Virus record (IMG/VR): IMGVR_UViG_3300030095_004968
Location: 1-37,829 of that record
Source: a virus
Lineage: Duplodnaviria > Caudoviricetes
Direction: 5' to 3' (one strand)
Length of the DNA: 37,829 bases
Position numbers and translations under genes: made by a program
In this document: positions 9,510 through 19,625 of the stretch, in pieces
Numbering within the stretch: position 1 is the stretch's first letter
Layout: each line of letters opens with the position of its first letter
The notes under the pieces: generated by a model
What the model was told of the DNA's origin: nothing
The model's input: only the letters and a program-made list of their open reading frames with translations
The model's database searches: none

Positions 9510-12500
9510 ATGCCTATCGAGCAAAAAGCATATGACTCTACCATCATGGGTGGTGTTCCATACTACGACGATTTTGATCAACAAAAGAAGTTTCTGAAAA
9601 TGCTTTTCAAGCCGGGGCTTCCTGTTCAGGCAAGAGAACTTTCACAGGCACAAACGATTCTTCAGAATCAGATTGAGCGATTTGGTTCACATGTTTTTCA
9701 AAATGGTTCCGTCGTTCTCGGAGGTGGTGTTTCAACGTCTTCAGCAAATTTTGTACGACTGACGAGTGAATTGCCTCTTGCTACGCTCAAGCGATTGATT
9801 AATCAAAAAGTTAGAGTTACTAAGAGTGACGGGTTAAATGTGGATGCAATCGTATGCGGCTACGCTGATAAGTCAACTCTTGAAAATGATGCCTTCCAAA
9901 TTCTTTTTGTTAAGTATATCACAGTTGGTGAATACGAGTCGGGCGAAAGAGTTTTTACAATTGGTACGGGTAACATTGGTGTTGAATTTACTGTCTTGGA
10001 TAATGCAACCACACCCGGATCCGGTTTTGTTCAAACATTTGTGACTGTCGATCAGGGCGTATTCTATGTGGATGGATACTTTTGTATCGCAGACTCGCAA
10101 TCAGCAGCGGCAACAAAAGATGATTCGGATTTAGGGTATAGAACCTTTCTCAGCACAAATAGTTCTGTTGGATTCAACGCACAAAAAACAGTTGTAGATG
10201 CGGAATCTGATTCGTCTCTTAGAGATCCATCATTTGGTTTTAATAACTTTAATGCTCCGGGTGCGGATCGATATAAGATTGATTTAGTTTTGATGTCTCG
10301 TTCTTTAACGGGAAGTGGCTCTGATTCAAACTCATATAAAATCGCAGACCCGACCAACTTTTTTGAACTTGTTCGTGTTATTGACGGACAGGTTACTAAG
10401 AAAATTAAGTATCCAGAACTTGCAGAACTTGAAAAAACTTTAGCAAGAAGAACATTTGATGAATCTGGAAACTATACAACGGTTCCCTTTGAAATTGAAA
10501 TTGGTTCACACGAAGAAATTTTTGGATCTGTTGACGAAAGTAAATTTGGTGTAAAACTTTCTCCGGGTAAAGCATATGTTAGTGGTTTTGAGTTTGAAAC
10601 AATCGCTCCAACCCTTTTGACAATTGATAAATCGTCAAGCACCCTTAGTAGTTCTAAATCATATCGTCTTGTCCAAGGGTCTTACTTTGGTCTTAGCGGT
10701 GTCGTACAGTCAGCAGACTTTGACAGTGATGCGTCCACCAGTGAAATTACTGGGATTACTCTCGACGGATTCATCGATAATACCACAACACTATTCACAG
10801 ATGGCAATCCCGTTGATCTTCTTGATTTAGATGGCGAGGTAGTCGGCAGTTGTGTTCCAACCCACCTTCTCTTTGGTAACGAGGGGCTTGATGCTTCTGC
10901 AAGACTCTACTTCCATTCTAAAACCTTTAATACTGGAAAGACTGATCTTGATGTAAAACGAATTTCAAAATCTGTTGATTCTGTTGAGTCGTTTGGTATC
11001 ACAGTTGATTTTACTCCCTCTGGTCCTGATACTATTGTCACTCAAAATGCAAAAAGAATTACCAACATCGCCGGTAGTGGCTCAGTTGAAAAATTACAAA
11101 ATCCTGTGCGTTGGACAACCATCAAAGCCTTCAAAGGTAAAACCAATTCAAGCGGGGTTGTCGGATTTACTAGCGGTATTGGTAGTAAAGATTTCTTCGC
11201 TACTGTTGGCACGGACTCAAACTCTGCACAAATCAGACCTGTTGGTATCTTAAATGTTAATAACTCAGCCTCAGATTCAGACAGACAAGATAAGTGTGTT
11301 TTAGTTAGACCTATTTTGGTTCCAACAATTGACAACACCCAGTCAACGATTAGTTTAAACTTTGGTAAAAATGCACCCAACAGAGACATTACCTGTTTCT
11401 TGCCGATGTCTTACGATTCAATTTCTAATATTCGTAAGAAGACTGTATCTGGTGAAACAACTGTCACAGTTAATACCAACGATGAACTTAATAAAGGCAC
11501 AAATACTCTTTCACTCGGTGTGACTGATGTGAAAGAAATTGTTGCAATTAGAGAAGTCGATACAGTAACCGATGTAAAAGATAAATTTATCTTAAACACA
11601 GGTCAAAACGATTTTACGTATGAACTTTCAAGCATTGAATTGAAAGATCCAGCAGACACTACGCTCACTAGAACAAGCGACTATGTTGTTACATTTAAAC
11701 AATTCCTTCACACTGGTGATGGTCCGTTTACAAAAGATAGTTACACCGGAGTCAAGGCGAGTGAACTCCCGGCGACTGGTTCTGAAGGACTGAATCCCTT
11801 TGATATTCTGGACTTTAGACCCGTCCGCTCAAGCACTGGTAACTACGACCAAGGCACGAGTGAGCCAACACAGACTCCCTTTAGTTCTCTGGCAACCCCG
11901 TCTTTTGTTACCGTTTCAACATTCTTGCCAAGAATTGATAGCGTTGTTCTGACAAAAGAAAGAAAACTTGTTGTAGTTTCCGGGTTCCCTGATGAGCAAC
12001 CTCAACCACCCATGATTGCTGGTGGTGATCTTGAGTTGTACAGAGTTAGGATTAATGGTGCAGACTCAGATGCTCAAACTCTACAAGTTGAAACATTAGA
12101 TAGTCAACGATTTACAATGTCGGATATTGGTGAACTTGAAACAAGAACCACCGATGACTTTGTAGAAAACTATAAAAAATCTATTCGATCAAACATGGTT
12201 GCTCGTGGCAATGCTGCATTTGTAAATGCCTCTGTCAATGAGGACGATGTTTATATTGATGATTTGTTGGGTTACGAAAATGTAGATTCAGTCAATGAAA
12301 ACTGCAACGTATCTTTCGATCCAATCAAAAATCAACTTCGACCAGCATTTAAAACAACCGCTCTAACATCATTCAGTTTTGATGATGAAAATAATCCATC
12401 GACTGGTGTGACATTCTCAACCGATGGTGTAGCACTATCAAACTTTAACGAACCTGCCGAAGATTATGTTTTACAAAATTCAACCAACATTCCCGCGTCA

Positions 12501-15011
12501 AGTGTGAATATCAATCCGTTTGGTATTAATGATTACTTGGGTTCCGTAAAACTTACACCACATCGTGCAAAGTATTGGAGTGAAACAAAACGAGCAAGAG
12601 TTGTTGGTAATATTAGAGGTGAACTTAACTCGTACGAGTCTGATGTTTCATCATATGACAATCAAGGTAGAAGACTTGGATTTGGTACGGTGTATCGAGA
12701 CTGGGAAGTCTTCTGGTGTGGCATCGAAGAACGTAGCCGCGAGATTGAAGAAAACAAACCAAATAGTAGAATTTATAACTCACCCAGAAAAACTGCTACA
12801 ATTAATAGAATTCTAAGCGAGAAAGTTAAGAAGACTGTTTCCAATAGAATTATTGACCTCTCGATTCGACCATACCTTGATACATTTACACTGCAAGGTG
12901 TTGTTGAAAATGTTTTACCCGGAGCAACATTTAATCTGTTGTTCGACGGGGTTCAACAGAATCTCAGCACAGAGACTTATCAGGCATCCACAGGTCCACA
13001 AGGTGGCGGTGGTACATTTGACTTTACAGTTGTTATCCCAGCGGATACTTATACAATCGGCAAGAAACTTGTTAGAGTTGTCTCTGGTTCTCCAACCAAC
13101 TCTGTTGTTGATTGTGATTCCTCTGCTGATGAAATTTTCTATGGTGAAGGTAGACCAGATACAACACTATTCGGTGATAATCTTGTAAGACCTGTAACAC
13201 TCCGTAGAAAATCTGCGAAGGTTGAAGAGATTGCAGATGAATACTTTTCAGATATTTTTGAAACCTCAAACTCTACAGTTATCAATGCACTGACTCCAGT
13301 TTCACAAACTTTTAATGTTGATGCTGAAAAATATCCGAATGGTATCTTTGTAAATAAAATTGATTTGTGGTTTACTGAGAAGGGTAGCGATGTTACTCTT
13401 CGTATTCACCCAACTCGTGGTGGCAATCCGCTTACAAGTATTGTGATGCCATTTGGTGAGGTAACTTCAGTAACTAAAACTGCACAGTTTACCACAAACG
13501 GATTGATTCAGGATGTGATCGATTCATCCTCAACTGATTTTGAATTTACCACTCCCGTGTACCTACCTGCTGGTGAGTATTCATTGTCTGTGTCATCAAA
13601 TGATACAGGTGTAAATGTTGTGACCTACGATGAAACGGCGGGTGACTCCCCAATTCGTCCGGTCAGTATTTTAAATTTATATCTTCCGCAGAATGACGGT
13701 TCCGTTGTGGGCTATGACGATCAATACATGGCTTGTAAAATTTCCAAGTGTGCTTTTGATGTTGCAAATAATAATAATTTTAGAATGAGTGCATCCTCTC
13801 CAGTAAATACTTTGGCTGATGCTATCTTTATCGCCACGAATCCTCCAGTGGTCAGTGAGTTAGAAACATCAGTAACTATTCTGAATGGCGAAGCCACTGT
13901 AAACTCAAATGTTTCTACTAATACAACAGTCGATTCACTTAACTATGGTGGAAACTTCCCACTGGATGGAACCTTTAATCTTGACTTCACAATGCGATCA
14001 AATGGTGATGTGTCCACCGTTGTAGATACTGAGTCCGTATCGGCATTCATTCCAGCGTTTGACCTCAATGCAATTGCATCTGATGAAGAAGGTAACGATG
14101 ATGGTTCTGCTGTTCACTTTAGATATTATACAAAGGTTGTCGAAACAGATGCAATTCTAGATGGTATTGTTGTCTCAATCGATGGTCTTTTCCGTGGTCT
14201 TGATGATCTGAGAGTTTACATTCGTCGTGCAATCGGGGATGAAGATATCTTTAGTAACGCTTTTGTCGAAGTCCCTCTCGATGGTGATAGCGATAAACCG
14301 GGCATTGACAGTAAAACTGATCCTCTTAGTTTAACATATGGTAAAAAATTTGATGATGTGGGTGAAAGATTTTCTAGATATCAAATCAAGGTAGTTGGAC
14401 AAAGAGCAACTGGTGATACAGGTAGAGATAACCCGTTCATCAATTTCCTTGGTGTCGCACCAACGCGATCAGCGGCTTCATTCACCATTGATGGTGGAGG
14501 TGGCGGCACACCTACTTCTGGAATTGCACGAGGTATGGTATTGCCATTCCTTGGTAAAGATACGGATCCAATTTTACAAGGATCCGATGGTGTTGCGGCA
14601 CAATTCTTATTGTGTGATGGTACATATGTTAGCAATACAACTTACATTGATCTGAAAACCACACTTGTAGCGGCTGGAGTCAATCCTTCGGAGAAGGAGG
14701 GTCAGTTCCAAATTCCTGACTTGGGAGGTAGAACACTTGTTGGTACGGGTAATTTACTTGGCACTGATCAGTCTGTAGGCACTGCAATTGGTAGTGATGA
14801 AGTTGATCTTACTGGTGCATCATTCACTGCAACTATGAATATAACCACGGCTACGGGTGGTGGTGCTGGAACCACTGCAATTGTTACCAAATCGGTTGGA
14901 TCTGTCACAGAGAATGATACCCTAATTACTGTTAGTGGAAATGATGCCGACAATACTAACTCGAAAAATGTTCAACCTTCGTTTGTTGTAAGATACATAA
15001 TCAAGACCTAA
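9510..15011 (+). CDS. Large baseplate/virion structural protein (VrlC/DUF4815-like) with a C-terminal phage tail-collar domain
   Basis: PYYDDFD..K.F.K.LFKPG.PVQARELSQ.Q.ILQNQIERFG.HVF..GS.V, APGADRYKI.L, LARRT.DESGNY, SPGKAYV.GFE, DFRP and FTM.DIG.LE.R motifs. C-terminal G...PF.G...FLLCDG......Y..L...F.IPDL.GR...NVQPS....YIIK. Confidence 0.85.
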   Translation: MPIEQKAYDSTIMGGVPYYDDFDQQKKFLKMLFKPGLPVQARELSQAQTILQNQIERFGSHVFQNGSVVLGGGVSTSSANFVRLTSELPLATLKRLINQKVRVTKSDGLNVDAIVCGYADKSTLENDAFQILFVKYITVGEYESGERVFTIGTGNIGVEFTVLDNATTPGSGFVQTFVTVDQGVFYVDGYFCIADSQSAAATKDDSDLGYRTFLSTNSSVGFNAQKTVVDAESDSSLRDPSFGFNNFNAPGADRYKIDLVLMSRSLTGSGSDSNSYKIADPTNFFELVRVIDGQVTKKIKYPELAELEKTLARRTFDESGNYTTVPFEIEIGSHEEIFGSVDESKFGVKLSPGKAYVSGFEFETIAPTLLTIDKSSSTLSSSKSYRLVQGSYFGLSGVVQSADFDSDASTSEITGITLDGFIDNTTTLFTDGNPVDLLDLDGEVVGSCVPTHLLFGNEGLDASARLYFHSKTFNTGKTDLDVKRISKSVDSVESFGITVDFTPSGPDTIVTQNAKRITNIAGSGSVEKLQNPVRWTTIKAFKGKTNSSGVVGFTSGIGSKDFFATVGTDSNSAQIRPVGILNVNNSASDSDRQDKCVLVRPILVPTIDNTQSTISLNFGKNAPNRDITCFLPMSYDSISNIRKKTVSGETTVTVNTNDELNKGTNTLSLGVTDVKEIVAIREVDTVTDVKDKFILNTGQNDFTYELSSIELKDPADTTLTRTSDYVVTFKQFLHTGDGPFTKDSYTGVKASELPATGSEGLNPFDILDFRPVRSSTGNYDQGTSEPTQTPFSSLATPSFVTVSTFLPRIDSVVLTKERKLVVVSGFPDEQPQPPMIAGGDLELYRVRINGADSDAQTLQVETLDSQRFTMSDIGELETRTTDDFVENYKKSIRSNMVARGNAAFVNASVNEDDVYIDDLLGYENVDSVNENCNVSFDPIKNQLRPAFKTTALTSFSFDDENNPSTGVTFSTDGVALSNFNEPAEDYVLQNSTNIPASSVNINPFGINDYLGSVKLTPHRAKYWSETKRARVVGNIRGELNSYESDVSSYDNQGRRLGFGTVYRDWEVFWCGIEERSREIEENKPNSRIYNSPRKTATINRILSEKVKKTVSNRIIDLSIRPYLDTFTLQGVVENVLPGATFNLLFDGVQQNLSTETYQASTGPQGGGGTFDFTVVIPADTYTIGKKLVRVVSGSPTNSVVDCDSSADEIFYGEGRPDTTLFGDNLVRPVTLRRKSAKVEEIADEYFSDIFETSNSTVINALTPVSQTFNVDAEKYPNGIFVNKIDLWFTEKGSDVTLRIHPTRGGNPLTSIVMPFGEVTSVTKTAQFTTNGLIQDVIDSSSTDFEFTTPVYLPAGEYSLSVSSNDTGVNVVTYDETAGDSPIRPVSILNLYLPQNDGSVVGYDDQYMACKISKCAFDVANNNNFRMSASSPVNTLADAIFIATNPPVVSELETSVTILNGEATVNSNVSTNTTVDSLNYGGNFPLDGTFNLDFTMRSNGDVSTVVDTESVSAFIPAFDLNAIASDEEGNDDGSAVHFRYYTKVVETDAILDGIVVSIDGLFRGLDDLRVYIRRAIGDEDIFSNAFVEVPLDGDSDKPGIDSKTDPLSLTYGKKFDDVGERFSRYQIKVVGQRATGDTGRDNPFINFLGVAPTRSAASFTIDGGGGGTPTSGIARGMVLPFLGKDTDPILQGSDGVAAQFLLCDGTYVSNTTYIDLKTTLVAAGVNPSEKEGQFQIPDLGGRTLVGTGNLLGTDQSVGTAIGSDEVDLTGASFTATMNITTATGGGAGTTAIVTKSVGSVTENDTLITVSGNDADNTNSKNVQPSFVVRYIIKT
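14992..14999 (+). promoter_or_regulatory. Putative late promoter variant GATACATA upstream of the fibre gene
   Basis: Matches the recurring NATAVATA motif. Ends about 24 nt before ATG 15024, with AGGA SD between. Confidence 0.4.
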
Positions 15012-15023
15012 TAGGAATAAAGA

Positions 15024-18000
15024 ATGGCAACACCTCCAACACCCGGAAACACTTTGGACACATTATTAACCAGCGATACATTTCGCACTTGGTTTGATAA
15101 AACAAATCAAGTTATTAATTTTGTAAATCCAATTGAAGTTTATGGTGTTACTAATGATATAAATCTTCCGGGTATTACTTTTTCTATAGACTCTGATGGT
15201 ATTGCAAATCTTGGTCTTTCCTTGCCCGGATACATCACAGGTGATTTCACATTTGGTGGAGGAATTACCTTCGCTGGTGGGGAAATTGTATTTACCGGAA
15301 ATACTGTTGATTTTGGTGGTGCTACTCTTTACGGTCAAGTTGTAAGAACCGTCAACGGACAAACTGGAGATGTCACAATCTCTGGTGCGGGATTAAATCT
15401 TCCTGCTGGTATAACCACTGGTGATATTCTTGTTTATGATGCAGCCGGTGAGACACTTGAAGCGTTTCAACTCTTTACTGGTGGGACATTTGAAGATAAT
15501 TATATTAACTTTGCTGCAACCGGCGGGTTAATTCTTGGTGGTGCAACCGAAGATGCGGGTAACTTCCGTCCGGGTTCGATTCAATTATTGGCTGGTGGAA
15601 CTTCTTCGATTCTTTTCCGCGACACAACATACACCGGAAATGTTGTAAGAAGAATCGGTACAATTGTCACACATAAAGTTGAAGGTGATAATGTTTACTT
15701 TAGAATTCAGGGTGGCGACACGAGTGGAAACCTTGATTCCGACACCAACGCACCCTACATTACAATTGAAGGCAGTGATCGAGAGATTGGTATTCTTGGT
15801 ATTACTATTCCCGAGGCTCCTGTACATTACCTTGGTCGTGCTGGAATTAGTGCTGATATTCTTTTACAGTTAGACGGTAAAACAGCAGGTATTGGAATTG
15901 GTAAGGATCTTGATGGCGACTTGGATCTTGATTTATATCCAGATCAAAGACTTCGTGTTATTTTAGACAAAACTAATAAAGAATCCTTCCTTGAGGTTCA
16001 GGGATCACACGGCGAAAACAGAGCAAACGTATTCAAAGTTGGACAAACTGGTGATGTCATTATCGGTGGCGAACTAAGATCAGATGGAGGAACATTAGGT
16101 ACACTCAATCTCGCAAGTGGTTCGCTTTATGTGGGTGGTCGAACTGGTGCTGCTAATACAGTTTTGATTTCAAACGGTGTGACACTTGATTGGGGCAATA
16201 TGGCAGGTGGGTTTGAACAAGCCCTCGTCCAAGACGCTGATGGTAATTACAACAGCAACACTGCAACAACAGGAACCATTACAGGTCTTCAACTTAACAG
16301 AGGATTTAATGTCTCTATCACCGGAAGTGTTGTTGATGGCAATACTTTAGGAATTACTATTGGTTCGTTTATTCAGTCCAAGAGTGTAGGTGAATCACTT
16401 ACAAATGAATCTGAACGAGTTGAATTTGCTGTTGATTCTGCACTGGCTGATATTCAAACACTAGATGGCACAGATACAGATGGCACTCGTTTCCGTCGTT
16501 ACACCTTCCCTAAAGGCGGAGCCGGTGGTGGTGGTTTACAGGGTTACAAATTCTTGTTGGGTCAACTATCAGGAACAAATGCCGGTAGACTTGTTACAAC
16601 CGGAACGGGCGACGAAAAAACCCTAAGCATTGACTCCCGCACAATTGATGGTTTGAATATTGAACATTACTTGCGTCAAATTCAAGTTGCTCCCGGTGGG
16701 GGAACTCGCATCTACGTATTGTGGGACGAAGATCAAGGATCAAATCCAAGCACTGATAATTATGTCTATGAAATTAGACCAAATGAAGTTTCCATCAGCA
16801 CGCTCACAGACTCATCAGGTGGAACAAGAAATGCCTTCTCATTCAATGGCTACCCGGATCAAGACCCAAGTTGGGTTGATTCCTCTGGTGGATCTGATGA
16901 AGATAAATCAGTTTATATCTTCTTTGATCAAAACCACGGTGCTACTGGTTCTGGTTTTGAATCTGCATCGGTCAAGAAGAGTGTCGGTGATGATCTTGGA
17001 TTACTCGGAAACGGAATCAATAGAATTGCTTTGATTGGTGGAGTCGGTGTGACGATTGAAGGTGCATTCACATCCACTGAGCAATACGGATCAACCGCAT
17101 CGTTTACTTTTACGGCTGTTGGTCTTTCTGGTAACACAGGCGGCACTGGCGGCACAGGTGGAACTGGTGCGACTGGTGCTGGAATCACATCTGCTTCACT
17201 CACTACAATTGGTGGTGTGAATGATAGTAGGGGTCAAACTTTAGCGTTTATTCTTCAAGAAGAAAACGGAAGCACTTTTGGAGTTACTGCTGGATTCATT
17301 CCCATTGCCGCTACAGGTGAGCAAGGAATCACTGGTACAACTGGTAGCACAGGTGGAACTGGTCCCGCAGGTTTCCCCGGATTCATTTACTCCGTGACGA
17401 CAGGTTCCACACCAAACGCTGGTGAACTTACGAATACTTCAACCACCGTTGTGATTCATAAAGAAACCGCTGATGGTGTTGATATTTCAAATCTTCTTAA
17501 TGAAATCAATCCAATTTCACAATCTAGAATTGTAATTACTGGGGTTACTGGTGGTATTTTAAGTGCAAGAGTAAATGGCAACGCCTTGGCTTCTAATCGC
17601 TATACACTCAAACTTGTTCCTTCTAGCGTTGTTGGTTCAGCACTTCCCGGTGAAGGTGGAGCAAACCATCCGGGTGTAACTGGTCATTTCTATGCGATCA
17701 GTCCCGGTCTTGGAAACACTGGTGCTACTGGTGCGACAGGTGCAACAGGAGCCACTGGTGCTACTGGTGCGGGTATCACATCTGCAAGTCTCACAACACT
17801 TTCTGGTGGTGGACAAACACTGTCCTTTATTGTTGAAAATGAAAATGGTATCACGACCTCAATCACGGCTGGATTCATTACTGGTGTCGCAGGTACTACA
17901 GGTACTACAGGTGCGACTGGTAATACTGGTAATCACGCATTCTTCCCTTACACGATGAGAGCAGATGCAACGGTTGGAAGTGGCGAGTCATTTATCGATG

Positions 18001-19607
18001 TTGGAAATAAACTTCTTTATCTTTCCGAAACCACCAATGAAGGCACTGATATTTCAGAGTATCTCGATGGTGCTACTACAGGTTCTAGAATTTACGTCAC
18101 ATCGACCGATGGATCGGGTCAATTCTTCTCTGGTCAAGTGAAAACTCCTACTGATGGTGGAGCCTTTAGAGCATTGTTACTCGATGGTCTGATTGGTGAT
18201 GCAATCCCAACGGGAACTCCAGTGAGTTTCTACTCTGTCAACCCCGGTCCTGCTGGTGGTGAAAATTATCAATTCTTATATCACGATAATTTCAAGGCAG
18301 TTGGATCAAGTCTTGAGTATGATCCCACTGATCGATCCGTTGATCTCGAAAGTGGTAAACTTAAGTTGCATGGTAGCATCGGCGAAGACATGACTAGCCA
18401 AGATGGTGTTCAAGTTCTTCGATCAGATGGTGTGTCAGCAGGTTACAAAATCATTGTTCCCGAAACTGGTCCCGGTGGTCCATCAACAACAACTAATAAA
18501 ACAGTTGTTGAACAAATCACAATTCCGAAAGGATCTGAAGACGATGTGATCGCTCACACATTCTTCTTAAGTGATAATGGTGGTGGAAACAATAGTGATG
18601 GTAGAAATTGTTTTGTGAATTGTCAATCAAATGGCAAACCTGCATCTTCTGGTGGTAATGTCGCCGGTCAATTCTTCTCTGCATCCTGTAATAGAAGTTA
18701 TTCCCAAACTGGCACTGATCTTGATGAATATAATTCGTTAAGTTCGCCAAGTGGAAGTGGGGATCCTGCAAATGGCACTGATGATGGATCTGGTCCCTTG
18801 AGAACCATTGTTGATGCCGCTGGTAATCCACTTACGGGTAACTATGATATCGAAGTAACAATGTACCCACAATTCTATTATGTTGGCGGTAGTAATGCAC
18901 TTCACCAACTTGCACTTGGCGACGTATCATTTGCTGCAAGTCCTTCGGCACAAAGAGCAATTTCTGTTGCTGATTCCAGATATGCAAGAATTCAACCTGT
19001 TGGGTGTTCAACAGAGGACTTGCAGTTAGCACCTATCATTGGTGTTGCAGTATTTGAAGATAAAGCAATTTTAGATTGTGACTTGAATGATGTCTCCACA
19101 AATGCGGACACCACTTCAGCCGACACACTCTTTATGATTCCAAACCAACCCATAAATCGTGTGGCGGTTAATGGTCAAACTGGATCTCCAGTGGGTTCTA
19201 GAAGAATGAACTTCTTGGATCTGAGAAATCTGTCTGGCTTAAGGCGTGGACCTTTCTTTGGAGACACACAGATTGCATATCCCGAGAGCGATTATGAACA
19301 AACAATGCCAATCACATTCAGAGCGACTGGTAGTGTAAACAGTAGTTTAAGAATTTGTCCTTTTGCAACTCTATTACCCGTAGGTCTTCTTGATCAAATA
19401 GGAACGCAAGGTGGGGATCTATCCGATCTCGTGCAAGGATTTACAAGGTCGAGTAGTAAGAATCAGCATACTTCAAACGCCAGTTGGTATGACAATTTTG
19501 TTTACACTGGTTGTAGATTCACTGGTTCAGATGCTACGGCACTTGGTACACAACCAGAAACCGCCGATGGTTTTTACACAATCAAAGCAAGTTTCTTTAC
19601 AGTATAA
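15024..19607 (+). CDS. Tail fibre / receptor-binding-like protein with collagen-like G-X-T triplet runs
   Basis: N-terminal DTFRTWFDKTN baseplate-attachment-type motif, VRTVNGQTGDVTI fibre repeat, GNTGGTGGTGGTGATG and GNTGATGATGATGATGATG triplets. Gly/Thr rich and follows the baseplate genes. Confidence 0.8.
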   Translation: MATPPTPGNTLDTLLTSDTFRTWFDKTNQVINFVNPIEVYGVTNDINLPGITFSIDSDGIANLGLSLPGYITGDFTFGGGITFAGGEIVFTGNTVDFGGATLYGQVVRTVNGQTGDVTISGAGLNLPAGITTGDILVYDAAGETLEAFQLFTGGTFEDNYINFAATGGLILGGATEDAGNFRPGSIQLLAGGTSSILFRDTTYTGNVVRRIGTIVTHKVEGDNVYFRIQGGDTSGNLDSDTNAPYITIEGSDREIGILGITIPEAPVHYLGRAGISADILLQLDGKTAGIGIGKDLDGDLDLDLYPDQRLRVILDKTNKESFLEVQGSHGENRANVFKVGQTGDVIIGGELRSDGGTLGTLNLASGSLYVGGRTGAANTVLISNGVTLDWGNMAGGFEQALVQDADGNYNSNTATTGTITGLQLNRGFNVSITGSVVDGNTLGITIGSFIQSKSVGESLTNESERVEFAVDSALADIQTLDGTDTDGTRFRRYTFPKGGAGGGGLQGYKFLLGQLSGTNAGRLVTTGTGDEKTLSIDSRTIDGLNIEHYLRQIQVAPGGGTRIYVLWDEDQGSNPSTDNYVYEIRPNEVSISTLTDSSGGTRNAFSFNGYPDQDPSWVDSSGGSDEDKSVYIFFDQNHGATGSGFESASVKKSVGDDLGLLGNGINRIALIGGVGVTIEGAFTSTEQYGSTASFTFTAVGLSGNTGGTGGTGGTGATGAGITSASLTTIGGVNDSRGQTLAFILQEENGSTFGVTAGFIPIAATGEQGITGTTGSTGGTGPAGFPGFIYSVTTGSTPNAGELTNTSTTVVIHKETADGVDISNLLNEINPISQSRIVITGVTGGILSARVNGNALASNRYTLKLVPSSVVGSALPGEGGANHPGVTGHFYAISPGLGNTGATGATGATGATGATGAGITSASLTTLSGGGQTLSFIVENENGITTSITAGFITGVAGTTGTTGATGNTGNHAFFPYTMRADATVGSGESFIDVGNKLLYLSETTNEGTDISEYLDGATTGSRIYVTSTDGSGQFFSGQVKTPTDGGAFRALLLDGLIGDAIPTGTPVSFYSVNPGPAGGENYQFLYHDNFKAVGSSLEYDPTDRSVDLESGKLKLHGSIGEDMTSQDGVQVLRSDGVSAGYKIIVPETGPGGPSTTTNKTVVEQITIPKGSEDDVIAHTFFLSDNGGGNNSDGRNCFVNCQSNGKPASSGGNVAGQFFSASCNRSYSQTGTDLDEYNSLSSPSGSGDPANGTDDGSGPLRTIVDAAGNPLTGNYDIEVTMYPQFYYVGGSNALHQLALGDVSFAASPSAQRAISVADSRYARIQPVGCSTEDLQLAPIIGVAVFEDKAILDCDLNDVSTNADTTSADTLFMIPNQPINRVAVNGQTGSPVGSRRMNFLDLRNLSGLRRGPFFGDTQIAYPESDYEQTMPITFRATGSVNSSLRICPFATLLPVGLLDQIGTQGGDLSDLVQGFTRSSSKNQHTSNASWYDNFVYTGCRFTGSDATALGTQPETADGFYTIKASFFTV
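17130..18248 (+). repeat. Diverged tandem duplication of a roughly 180-194 aa module within the fibre gene (copies at 17130-17711 and 17712-18248)
   Basis: Both copies read GNT(GxT)n-GAGITSASLTT...GQTL.FI...ENG.T...TAGFI...(GxT)n...F.Y...ET..G.DIS..L...SRI..T...FY...PG. Period is 582 nt. Confidence 0.88.
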
Positions 19608-19625
19608 AAATAGGAGAGTATACAG

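Noticed and set aside
17130-17930. 9-nt periodic repeats considered as CRISPR, VNTR or DGR template
   Set aside because: They encode collagen-like G-X-T triplets with synonymous variation. There are no spacers, no adenine-specific mismatch pair and no reverse transcriptase in the window.
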